Shown piece after piece: positions 1 to 11,525 of a stretch of 64,000 nt of DNA. The stretch is from Phoronis australis (lineage: Eukaryota > Animalia > Phoronida). The notes under the pieces were generated by a model, which was not told the origin of the DNA, did not search any database, and saw only the letters and a program-made list of their open reading frames with translations. The translations under genes were made by a program, and so were the position numbers. The stretch is taken from the NCBI GenBank assembly GCA_002633005.1, contig NMRA01000832.1, positions 46,481 through 110,480 on the forward strand, read 5' to 3'. How positions within the stretch are numbered: position 1 is the first letter of the stretch; every line of letters begins with the position of its first letter.

Positions 1-759
1 AAAAATGCGTTGAACAAGGCTTTTACACCTAAGTTTACAAAAACAGCTCCCTTGTATTGGGCTTTTTTAAGTACTAAAATACTGTTGGTCAAGACTTTTA
101 TGTTTAAATTTACGAAAACAGCCAAATAGCTTACCAAACGGGTATTACAGATATAACAGATATTGGTTGAACGATGAGTGCACTGTTTTTGGTCATCTCA
201 AGTCAAATTCTGTTGAAAAGTTTATTATATCAACTTCACTAGCTTTATATTCTGTACAATGAGTCATCAAAGCTACAGTTACCAACAAAAGAAAAATGCA
301 CAGATGATGTTGGTTTATATTTTGACAACAGGTGTCACTGCTGCTCCATTTTAGACGCACATAGATAAGCATGAAACAGGCGAAAACTCAAACATTTTAA
401 ATGGGGATATTCTTGCAGCTCATCATATTACTAAAATAATGATATTTATTTTGCTTTTGGTATTTTTAAAAAAAGATGAAGTACATGAAATTACAGCTCT
501 GAAACACCAGTTTGGAGTTAAGCAAGGTCCATGTCCCTATATAAAGTATAGAATGGCAGTGGCATGTGAATCTATTGAAAGCAGACACTCTGGCAACCAA
601 CCACATGCTAATGATTGACAGGTCTACCAAATAGTTTGAATATTGCAACATTTTAAATACTTTGTATATTTCTTTCTGAGTTGAAAGGGCCAACTTCGGC
701 TTTGATTAACTGGGAGTCATAGTAATCTTTCAATGTGGGTGTCCAAACAGGAGAAATTC

Positions 760-867
760 TGATTGACAGGGCGTCCAAATGATACATTGGGCGTCCTTGC
801 CAGGGCATCTACATTAGTGCTAGGGCGTCCAAATGGACGCCCAGGACGTACGCTGCATGAAGGCCTG
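760..867. mobile_element. Right end of a hAT-like DNA element (other end outside window)
   Basis: Subterminal gggcgtcc repeats and terminus ...ctgcatgaaggcctg, same style as the hAT element at 2363-4067. Confidence 0.4.
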
Positions 868-872
868 GCTAG

Positions 873-1770
873 CAGTGGCGGATCTAGGATATCACAAGGG
901 GGCCCAACATTTTGTCTATAAGCATTTGCGCAGAGCACGATTGTAGATGCACATAGCACCGAATGGGGGGAGGTTGGGAGGGGCAGGAAAATTTTCTGTT
1001 TTTTGCTCTAAAATTCAAGCATTTTCCTTGATTTCTGAAGTATTATCCGAGAAAGAAAGGCAAAGAAAAAAAAACTGAGAACAGGTCAAACTTGATAAAG
1101 CACAATTACCACAGACTCGAACTCACGACCTTGCGATTAAAGCGCACACGCTTTACCACTGCACCACCATGATTACACTTTTACTTTGATTCTACGAGAC
1201 CTACTTGTTTATGGTCCACAGCGTTTGCGCACAAAACCTACTTCTTTTTGTGATGCTTATTACCCTTTTTATATTTTGTGCAATCAGTTCGTAACAAATT
1301 TGTTGTATTTAAAATATTCTTCAATTGCCCAAAAGACCAATTCCTTTTTTGTGTTGGCATTAATGATGCGATTGCTTTGGAAATTGTCTTAAGTTAAGGT
1401 TTGACAAAGAGAGATTTATGAGTTTCTGAGTGATTCACTAAAAATTTTTCTTCACTGCACTGTGAAGCATTAAAGCAGACGACGGAAACGGAGTCGTAGT
1501 GTGCAGCGCCACTGCCGGTCGTCTGGGATATCGCGGGAGAGCCTATACTTAGCCATAGTTCCACTACGATTGCGCCATGTTCCCAATTTGACTCTTGAAA
1601 TTGGATCTCGGGGGGGGGCCCCCCAAGCACACTAAATCTTGTTTCAGCTGTAAAATGTTAATTACCAGGGTTAATTATTAAACTCAACATTTCCCTACGC
1701 TCTTGCTTTTTTATTTTTTTGTGTCGGCCAAGGGGGGCGGGGGCGGCCCCCCCCCCTAAATCCGCCTATG
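873..1770. mobile_element. Non-autonomous DNA transposon (MITE) with 5-bp TSD
   Basis: Imperfect TIRs cagtggcggatctagg / cctaaatccgcctatg, flanked by gctag on both sides (868-872, 1771-1775). Confidence 0.75.
1111..1170 (-). mobile_element. tRNA-derived SINE-like head inside the MITE
   Basis: Reverse complement shows A box tggtgcagtgg and B box gttcgagtc; no complete acceptor stem. Confidence 0.55.
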
Positions 1771-2362
1771 GCTAGGACAGCATGGCCAAGACAGAAAAAA
1801 GATGGTCTGTATCAAGTCAACCTGGTTGAAAACGGAGAATTTTAACATGTATGGTAAATAAATTTTATTGAAACCTACAATCCATTGTTTTAGTTCGATA
1901 AATATTCAGAAATAACTTGAAATTAGAGACTATTGTAGGTGAGCAGCAAAGCAAAATACACCGCTCATCAGAAACACTTGAAAAAGGTCTTATGTGGTAG
2001 GTTTAGACATGTCATTTATACAGCTTTTTGAATTTTTTAAATCGGTTGGACGGTTCTTGAGTTTATTTTAAATTTTAGAGCCTCAAAAATGGCCCTTTTT
2101 TAGCAAACAGCACCCAGAAATTTCAGGCCACAGAAAATGGCGAGTTTAAACAACTGTATTTGGGAATCCATACCTTACTGTGATGGAGAGTCCTTTACAA
2201 GTAGGTTAATAACATGGCATCAACACCAAACCACAAACTGTCATATTTAGCATGAACATGAACTAAAACAATTGAAAAATTCACCATCTACTTGTGACAG
2301 GACATGTTTGCCCCTGAAGCTAAGTGAACAAGGGATGTTTTGAAAAGAGAGCAACTTACTAC

Positions 2363-4067
2363 CAGGGACTCATCTAGGATTTGAAAATTGGGGGTCCAAA
2401 TTCGTGAGACTGACGAGTCGTGCAAAGCGCAAATCTGAGGCGTGCAGCGCTGATGGGGTGGGAAGTTAGGTGGGGGGGTGAGTTGGGGTGGGGGGGAAGT
2501 TGGGGGGAGTGAGGAAAAAATTGTTACATAAAAAAGGTCATTTCCTTGCATTTTATTTAGCACACTGTTTGGATGTCTTTTTCTTGTTCAAAGGACGGCA
2601 CATAGGGAAACTAAACAAAAATTAGGAGGTTTGTTCCATTCAGGATGTGTAGATCTGTAAATCTTTTTAGTAATGCAGAGTTGCATTATAGACAGATAAT
2701 CCACAGCATGAGTACAGGACTCAATGTATCTTGAAGCTCTCAAAAGAGAAGAGTAAAATGCAGTTGAGAAACCAGTTAAAATTGTGAGAAGACAATGAAG
2801 TTGCATTCGAAAGGACATGAAGAAATATATTCTAGAGTACATGTCTACGTTTCATTACATCGCACAGTAATGCAATTCACGAATCTACAAGTCGTTAGGC
2901 TACGAGCGTAGCCAGTGGTCGCCGGGGACATCGTAGTTGTTACGTCTTCTGCAGTGCATTATAAGTGGACGCTTTGTTGAATTGAAACTTACCAGGTTGA
3001 AAGTCAATCACAGTCTTTCATAGTACGCTACGTTATTTTTATAAAAAGAACCATTTTTTTCTCGCAGTTTAGAGTCAAATCCCTAGCCTGGTTCACAGCC
3101 AAAGTAACAGGTGCTGTGCACGTGACTGGCTGACCTACTTTTTTCCATATACGGCACGCAGTGCCACACACAGAGGATAAACTCGAATCGCCCAATAATC
3201 ATGGAATTCCACAATAAGTTGAATTATTTCGAGGCATTTATTTTCATTCTAAGTTATTCATTGAATACGTAACCAACATCACACACCACATTTTTTTTCT
3301 CGTAAAGTTTGCACTGCATTCTCGCGCATCAATATAAGTCGTTCGGCTGTGCAGATTTTTTGATGTTTTTTCATTCATTTGTTTGAGTTGCAACGGAGCT
3401 ATGCGAACAAATTAAGGAAGTTTGCGCTAAGTTTTATCTGGTTTGCATGTTCAACGACATTGATGGCATTTGTACGGCAGGTCAGTGCTAGAATTTTGTC
3501 GGGTATCATTTTTTCGAAGTGTACGTTCTCCGTCGGCTGTTTCAAATTGGCTGCTCCGTTGAATATATCGAGTGCCGCTTCAACTTCCGTGTCGGCACTA
3601 GCATTAGGGGTACGGCAAATCCTTTGAACTTCGGATGTGGGTTCTTCAATTTCAAAGATTAAGTGTCCATGTACGGGTAGTTAGCGCTGGATGCAATGAT
3701 TTCTCGACACTAGTCGTGAGGGGGATTCCGTATGAAGTCACCTTGACGTCACAGAATAGGGAGGTATTCCCCAAAGATGGCTGCCAGTATTTGCCGATCG
3801 TCATTGTGACATTTATAGTAAATAGATGGCAAAAGTTTCTAATGTCTAGTTATTTCTTAATATTTAGCGAACTTAAACAATGAATTGTAGGTTTCAATGA
3901 AATTTAATAATAATATATGTTAAAATTCTTCGTTTAGCCTTCATTTTCACCGAGGTTGTTTGGAACAAGCCGTCTTTTTTCCGTCTTGGCCGTGCCGCCC
4001 AAAGCCGTCATTGTTTTTAAAAGGGCTGTCTCAAGGATGGCCAGGACGGCCGCTAGATGAGTCTCTG
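2363..4067. mobile_element. hAT-superfamily non-autonomous transposon
   Basis: 15-bp TIRs cagggactcatctag / ctagatgagtctctg and exact 8-bp TSD cttactac (2355-2362, 4068-4075); 8-bp TSD with CAG.. termini is typical of hAT. Confidence 0.88.
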
Positions 4068-4249
4068 CTTACTACCATTGTTTACAGACCATGTCATTGC
4101 TTCTGTTCAGGCAATTTGCTATGGTCTGACTTTCTTTTGTCGACAATACAGTAATTTTTCATGTTCAAGTCTTCTGTGATTGGTGGGTTGATAGTGCTTG
4201 GACTATTGGATCTGAAGAGCTGTAACTGTAATGTTATGTCTTGTTACAG

Positions 4250-4372
4250 ATGCCTACGAAGATCTTTGTTGGCAATGTTCACGAGGACGCGACCTCAGGC
4301 GAATTGAGAAAGATGTTTGAGCAGTTTGGATGTGTCACTGAGTGTGACATCATCAAAAATTTTGGGTTTGTT
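4250..4372 (+). CDS. RBM4: RBM4-like exon A (RRM N-half)
   Basis: ttgttacag|ATG...TTTGTT|gtaagt; MPTKIFVGN...KNFGFV. Confidence 0.9.
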
Positions 4373-7300
4373 GTAAGTTTTTGTTAATTTTTAATATTCA
4401 TGCATGGAGTGACATTACATAAGGCAAAGTCAAATCACCCTGAGCCCTTAATCCCACAATTTGGGGCTGAATAATCGGGCCAATTGTCCTCAAAATTATT
4501 GAAAATCACACTAATTTTTCCTTGTGATGCAGAAGTGATTGAAAAATTCCCTTTGTCATTTGAATCACTTGTAACTCACACTGGTGACAATTTGAAAGAG
4601 CACAGAGTGTTAGTTTTGGATACCTGAGGCAGAGTCTATGAGGTTTGCGACAGGGTGGAGGGTGCTACTGATGGTGATAGGGGTTAGGATGTTCCCTCAC
4701 CCCGAAATATTCCCCTCTCAGAAGGCACAGGCATGTATCAACTTGGATGAATGACAATGGTAATCCGCACAAAGTATTGCAAGGCTTCTAATTTCATGCT
4801 AAATTAATGAGAACGTGCAAGATTTTTTCTTGAGGATTTTGCATATCTCCCCCATACAAATCCATTATTCATCTTGGGCTTTAATGACTTGCAGAAGAAT
4901 TTTCACGGGACATTTTTCCATTGTTTGAGTTGCAAAATTTGTTGTGTGATCAATGGGAGATAATTTGCACCTAGGTTTATCTAGCTTTGCTTTTTCAATG
5001 ACTAATGACAAGAATTTTGGTGGGTATGTTTGCAACTTATATTTATATTTCAAGTTGCATATTTAACTTCTGGAATATAATATGAGCCAGTTAGAAAGCA
5101 GAGGTAATTGAACATTACATATACCTAGTCTCTTTTGAGAAAAGCAAGACCTCTCAAAATCCCGTGAGAGTAAAGTAAGGATGCTCGGGTGCTTGCTTGT
5201 CTATCCTTGCCAAGTCGTGGTCAATGAAGTGATTGGTCGGTGCAGTCGGAGTGTTGAACTGTGGAATTCAACTCATCGTTTACATTCCATAAGTGAAGAT
5301 TTTTCACTGCTGGTGCAAGCTTATGTCTTGTGGTCTCCGAAATCTCTGCAATGATTCAACTTATAAGTCGGTAAGAGGCCTTGTGGCAATTTTTTTGATT
5401 TTCAGCTCAGTGGAGTTCAATTCCGAAGGTCACAAGCTGCCAATGCAGCTGCCTGACTTGGGTTAAGTACCTGTGTTTGAAAAAGTCCCCCCCCATTTCT
5501 TGAAATTTTGGATTTATGGGTCCATCCCTGATTTCCAGCCTCGCCAGTTTAAGTGCACAGAGCGTTAACCCGAATGTTTATGATAATGTTAAATTGAATG
5601 CAGGGCAGCTTTCATCATTTTGTAATGAATACGTCCATGTTGCACTCACGTAGTGCATTTGCTTTTAGAACTTATTCCAGAGTTTCACGTATGGGCAGAT
5701 ATGCCTGTTTCTAGATATAGGCACATGGTACAAGCACGTGCGTATGTGTATATTCTTTTCTTTAACATCACGAAAGGTTGTCATTGTTTGTCATGCTCCA
5801 ACATAAATACCATTTCTCATCATTACTCTGGCAGAATTGTTTATTTATTGTTGAGGATGTTCTGTGACTGTTGCGTAATTTGTTACAGCACATGATGAAT
5901 GAAGCAGAAGCCTTTGAAGCGGTCTCAAATCTGGACAAGAAAAAGTTTGCAGGCAAAGAACTTCGAGTCGAGGTAGGAAGGCGGCTATGCCATTGATTCA
6001 CTGGTAGATGTTCTGTTCAGTTACCAGTTACCAGTTGATGGTTTGCACAAATAATTTTACATTGTTTTACAATAAACGTGGCGTGCTAGGCTCACTCGCT
6101 TGTAATGTTCCATTGTACAAGTCCTGATCCAAATGTACTTAATACAATTTGATTTGGTTGAATCGGACTTCGTCAAATACCTTATGAAAGTCACAGAAGG
6201 GCTAGTTTTACTTGGACTGAAGCCCTTTCGTGTTCATTTTTGGGTAATAATTGGATATAACGCGCTCGCATTTTGAGAACCAGTTTTCTCCACTGAATAA
6301 TGGGCATCAAAATGCGGGCACATTATATCCAGGTGTTGCCCATTTCTGGCGTCTTTTTCAGTGATGTCTCTGATTTCATTTGGTGGTGTGTTTAGGTGTC
6401 ACATACATATTTCTGGTGGTGTGTTTAGGTGTCACATGGCAAGAGCAGTCGGGGAGGTGGAAGAGGTGGCTTCCGAGGAGGACGAGGTGGTTATCGGGGA
6501 AGTCGTGGTGGCGGAAGCGATAGGTACAGCGACCGTGGCTACGGAGGTGAGCACTTGGGAATGTTACGACAATATGAGTGGAAAATGTAAAAAAAAAGAG
6601 GTGAACATTGGCCCCACTTGTGTGGGCACCGAGCTGTTAATCGGCGCTTTTGTTTCTTGGTGGCCACTTTTTACGAGTCCAGTTTGAGAAATACAAGTGG
6701 TAAGTAAGCTGCCATTCATATTTACCTGCAGACATTTTTGCATGTGTCTATGGCAGTTAGCAGTTAACAGTAAGCTTTTTGATCAATTCGACTACTGCTG
6801 TACTCCGTAGTTTAGACTTAGGTCTTTGTGCCTGTATTTAGGGAGCTTCTTGACATATCTTTGTGCAATTTAGTCTGCGTGATTTGGCAAGTTTGCATGT
6901 TAAGAATAGTTCAAATTTGTCTAGCATCCATCAATTTTCAATGTCTCCTACACATACAACCAGTAATGGCCGTTTAGTTTGGCCATCTTAAAACGTATGT
7001 CCAATGATCCATCTTCGACATGGATTGATGAAGATTTACTGTCTATGTGTCAGGAATAATTGTACCTCAATGATAATTTAAAAAAACGTGTGTATGGGTG
7101 AGTTGTCCCACACAATGTCGAGTCTGTGAGTAAATTTGGAGGACTTATGGGCCATTTTAGTTTTTGTCCTTTTTTGTTTCCAATTTTAGTGAGGTGTTGG
7201 CCCCAGTTAAACACAAATAATCCCAGTACGTCAGTGAAAATATTTTTGTGGCAATGACGCAGGGTGGGCTCCTAAAATTATTCCTGTATCTTAAGTCTTT

Positions 7301-8441
7301 TGTAAAGGTGTAAAATTCTTAACGTGCGTGTAAAAGTAATTCGTGTTTCTGGCATCAATTTGAGCCGATATTAATGGTTTATCTACCACTTGTTAATAAT
7401 CTCTGATTATTGTTACGCAAAAACAAGGCAAAGAGTTTCGTTCAATAGTGTTTGTTGTGACTGTTTAGTCCAGGTCACTGAGATTCAAATAGGCATTGTA
7501 CAGGGCTTGGAATTCCAAGCCCTGATTGTACTTTGTCACGTTGTGAGAAGCATAGTGTTAAATACCACCTATTTCCTGTTTAGGTCGCCCATCTCCTCGT
7601 GGCTACGACAGGCGTGACGATGGCTATGGCCGTGACCCGTACTACGAGCGGCCTGGCCGCTACGCTCCATATGACTACGACCGTCGGCCACCCCCTCCGC
7701 GTGAGGCCCCCTACTACCGTGACAGAAGTCCACCGCGTCGACCAGCTGATGCGTACTACAGACGGTCTCCTCCGCGTTCAACTGGCAGCAGGTAGGCGAT
7801 CCCTTGTTTTCTTCTTTTGTTTGTCGTTGATTGTCTTGATTTTTTGCTAATTCTGAGAAGTAGCTACAGTATTGTTTTCAGTTACAAGCAATTTATGGCA
7901 TTGCTGGGCTCAGAGGGATGATCTTAACTACTCTAGAAACCAAATTTACATTCAAGATAGGCTTTAAACTCATTTTTGCATACTGTTGTGGTTTTCCTTG
8001 AAAATTGATTTTAAGTATTATACATTGTTTTCAGATACGGGGGCTACGAGCCTTATGAATATGCCAGGCGGTAAGTATTCCAAACTGGAACTTAGGACTA
8101 CTTGTTGCGTTAACTTGTTGGCGAGTGTCTTCGAACATTAAACATGCGCTAATGGAAAATCGCACCCAAAGCCGAGCAGATCTGATGCCGTTGCTTAAAA
8201 GTGTTTTCTTGTACTGCTGAAATTCGCTAATTCATCTTCACTGCCGTCGAACATTATTAGCTGTCACTGCGTATCGTGAGGCGCCGCTGTTGGTATCCTC
8301 GAGAAAATGTTGATGTTCGACATCTGCCCTGTCTTCGAACGTTGCTTTTATATATTCGTTCTGAATGTAGTTTATCTTTACTATCACAGCCGTTCCCCTC
8401 CGACGCACGATCGTTACTCAAGGTCGACGTATCAGTATTAA
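4250..8441 (+). CDS. RBM4: RBM4/lark-like RRM RNA-binding protein, join(4250-4372,5889-5972,6429-6546,7584-7791,8035-8070,8390-8441), ~206 aa
   Basis: Spliced translation [83 protein letters not shown]...[10 protein letters not shown]...YQY*. RNP2 (IFVGN) and [12 protein letters not shown] match the RBM4/lark RRM. All introns are GT-AG with compatible phases (0,0,1,2,2). The ATG directly follows an acceptor, so upstream exons (UTR or coding) may lie outside the window. Confidence 0.85.
5889..5972 (+). CDS. RBM4: RBM4-like exon B (RRM C-half)
   Basis: tgttacag|CAC...GAG|gtagga; [28 protein letters not shown]. Confidence 0.9.
6252..6331. repeat. Intronic inverted repeat (small fold-back)
   Basis: tggatataacgcgctcgcattttga vs tcaaaatgcgggcacattatatcca; 25-bp arms, 3 mismatches. 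Confidence 0.8.
6429..6546 (+). CDS. RBM4: RBM4-like exon C (RGG box)
   Basis: gtttag|GTG...GGAG|gtgagc; [39 protein letters not shown]. Confidence 0.85.
7584..7791 (+). CDS. RBM4: RBM4-like exon D (Tyr/Arg/Asp/Pro-rich)
   Basis: cctgtttag|GT...CAG|gtaggc; [24 protein letters not shown]...[12 protein letters not shown]. Confidence 0.85.
8035..8070 (+). CDS. RBM4: RBM4-like exon E
   Basis: gttttcag|A...GCG|gtaagt; [13 protein letters not shown]. Confidence 0.8.
8390..8441 (+). CDS. RBM4: RBM4-like terminal coding exon F
   Basis: ctatcacag|C CGT TCC CCT...TAT TAA; [16 protein letters not shown]. Confidence 0.7.
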
Positions 8442-9007
8442 AACGGGAGTTCGAGCGAGGACGTTAATTCTTTTAAGCAAGAACCGCAAGTTAGCGTGTG
8501 AGAAGTTGGCCGGACACTTTTGTTGTGGAGTAATTGTGAACAAAGGAAACGGAAGAAATCTCATTTTAAACTTTGTGCTGTTCATCACGTTCAGTGGCGT
8601 TGAAGATTCCCGTTTGGACAATTGACATTGATCGCTAGTCTTTCGATCATGCGGGAGAAATATTCCAATTGTGTTTCGTGTATTGACTATAGGACCTTGT
8701 CAGTTTTTGTCTGGATGACTAAATCTGTTTGAAGTTGGACTTTTATTGGACATTTCGTATGAATTTTAGTTTAGTATTGTGTACAACTATATGTCAGTTA
8801 TTTTAATAATAGAAACCGAAAACAAATTCTTTTGTTTGGAATACTTATTAAAAATGACGTATACCTTCGTAAGTAAGAGGGAATTTTGACTGGCCAGGAA
8901 GTAACACTCACTCCGAAGAAACCTCTAAGAAGTGAGTCATCTCCGGAGAAACTTTCGAAGAAGCATGTCGTTCGTTACAAATCTGGTGATCCTTGAGCCA
9001 AGAACGC

Positions 9008-9374
9008 GCTACCTGAACAAAATGGCTGCTGTGCTTCTAAACATAGTTCCTACACTTGTAAACACGGATTATGTACTCACTCATTGATAGCCAAACACGG
9101 CTCGACTCGTTACTGGACTCGCAAATCACAGTTTAAACGCCCAAAAACGTTAACTTACAAACACAGCTTACTGACCTCCAAACAAAGTACACAGACACTG
9201 CGTAAGTGAGCTGTGTTGGCTAGTCTTGATACATATTTATGGATGCATAAGCTGTGCTTTGTTAATCCAGTGCCTTGTTTAGCTATCAGTTGGCCATGTT
9301 TCAGTATGGGTGAGCCATCTTTATAAGTCAAGGAGGTGTGTTATTGGGTGTGGTAGCCATGTTGTTCGGATAGC
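9008..9374. repeat. Long degenerate inverted repeat (old fold-back element)
   Basis: Nested complementary blocks: gctacctgaacaaaatggctgc/gtagccatgttgttcggatagc, tgatagccaaacacggc/gccttgtttagctatca, aacacagcttact/agtgagctgtgtt. Confidence 0.75.
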
Positions 9375-9571
9375 CTGCAACGTCTGTAGTAAGTAACTGG
9401 CACTCCCTTCAAAAAGCCAAAAATGAAGCATGTCGCAAGATGCAGGTATTCGCAATATATAAGTTAGTTGGTCTGTTCTGGTTTTACCCTCAACAACATC
9501 TCGTAATAATGTAACGGAAATACCAAAGTCCTTACTGTTTTAAGTGCCATAGTGTGGTTGGTTTAAACGAT

Positions 9572-9868
9572 GCGACTTCCCTACGGGTAGTACGTAATTA
9601 ATCGTTTCGACTACCTTACGCATAGTGTATTGTTGATCGTGTCGAATTCTTCACGAGTAATTTGTTGATCGTATCGACTACCAATTGGGTAGTATATAGT
9701 TGCTCGTGTCGACTACCATACGGGTAGTATATTGTTGATCGTATCGACTACCTTACAAGTAGTGTATTGTTGATCGTGTCGACTACCTTACGAGTAGTAT
9801 ATTGTTGATCGTTTCGACTACCTTATGGGTAGTATATTGTTGATCGTTTCGACTACCTTACGGGTAGT
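9572..9868 (+). repeat. 35-bp tandem repeat, ~9 copies, each with an internal stem-loop
   Basis: Consensus gtatattgttgatcgtttcgACTACC-ttacg-GGTA(GT). Confidence 0.9.
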
Positions 9869-11350
9869 TTTTTGTCAGATCCTGCCTGTGTCCTAAGTAA
9901 CGTTTTGTTGCGAATTAAGTTTAGGTTTTGTTCAGCACACGGCTGACCGTAATGCGATCGTCAACCTTATAGTTGAAGCAGACATCGGATGCGGCTGATC
10001 AAAAGGTATGCGTATAACTGACTTGAAATTTACTCAAGATACTGAACCCCAGGTGTTAAGCGTAGGTTGGACACAGTTCAGTGTCTAGCTTCTCACTGAA
10101 ATGTTGGGTCTCATTGCTTTATTGCATGAGTGAATACCTCCTCAGTCCGGGCTGTCGCCTCGCCATTCGATCCCCTCGTATTCAAATGCATGGTGCTCAG
10201 TTGCCGAAATGCATTTACTCGCCTTAGTACCGTATTCCAGTGAGACGTGTAAGTGAGAAACGTTGAAATGACTTCGCTCACTGACCGTGGTAGATCTCGC
10301 ACTGGACTCGAAGTTCTCTGCAGTGACTAACTTAGAATTTTCAAGAGCATTGGGTTGCATAGTCAACTGAAAGGCCCCGTATGCCACATGGTTACTGGCC
10401 ATGTTGTTACAAAGATGAAGTGTAAAGCAACATGTTCTCAAGGCACAACTCGCCACTCAACAGAGGAATAATTGTTCTTTTTGTGCAGCAAGGGATTTTA
10501 CAGAAAGTATACTTTTGTTTGTATATAGTTGCCAAGTGTTGAACAAGAACTGCATTCAACTTAAGAGCACAACACTTTTAAGTCATTTGAGATTTGTTCT
10601 CGGTAGTTGATTCCTCATAGTGAAGTGTGCTGATTTTCACTGCTTGTTAAATTTCCTGTTGTGTTAAAGGTGCTTTAAGCCAGCTGTCAATAAAAAATTG
10701 AGCTTTGATTTAGGCCACCCATCCTCCTGAAACTGGACTTGAAACTGAAAATAGAAGTGATTACCGGGTTAAAAAAATATATGGGAGTTGAGTTAAGTAT
10801 TGCTTAAAAATTAAAAATGAGGGTCAATAAAGTGGCTTGGCTTGACTGATTACGTAATGCACAGGTGGTCACGGCAGCAAGTGGTATCATACCTTCATTT
10901 ATTTCCTAGCCAAGAAATCCTTTCTAGTCTGAGTAATGAATAAGTTTAGACAAGTTTCACGAGTATAGGTGGTCTAGGGAAATGGAAAGTTATTGACAGA
11001 AGGTATGTTTACAGCATCTTTAAGGTATAATGAAAGGTGAGGAAACTTACCCTACTCCGCATTGTTTAATATCAAGTTATTACATAGTAACTGTTATAAA
11101 ACTAAGTCTAATTGAAAACAAATCTGTCTCTGTTATTCTATGCTGACTGGCATTTTGTAAAGCCGTTTGAAACTTGTAGGTTTCAGGTGATGGTGTGTTC
11201 CTTTGGATAAATGTCCCGTTGAGCACGAAACTGCTTCCGAAGGGGGTGTCACAAAACATTGGGCTTTGTCCTGTTAGTGGCAGGTAGGTATAATTAGTGT
11301 TGTATGTCTGTACTGTTGTAGATACCATTGCAGAGTGAGGACACGTAATC

Positions 11351-11500
11351 CAGGGGGCTGTTTTTCAAAGAGTATTGTCTTTTGGCTCAAAGTCTGGTTC
11401 GGGCTTAATATTTGTAAATCGGTAGCCTGCATGGGAACAAACTTGAGCCGAAGACAAAAGATTTAAATTTTGCCTATGGAGTCTTTAAGAAACAGACACA
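11351..11500. mobile_element. Short MITE, PIF/Harbinger-like
   Basis: Ends gggg ctgtttttcaaag / ctttaagaaacagacac, internal IR ttgtcttttggctcaa / ttgagccgaagacaa, CAG on both flanks; related terminus caggggtctgtttcat at ~33374 and ~33414. Confidence 0.45.
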
Positions 11501-11525
11501 GACCTCTCATGTTTGGCTTTGAACA

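Noticed and set aside
9572-9868. 35-bp hairpin repeats as a CRISPR array
   Set aside because: No spacers; variation is limited to point changes
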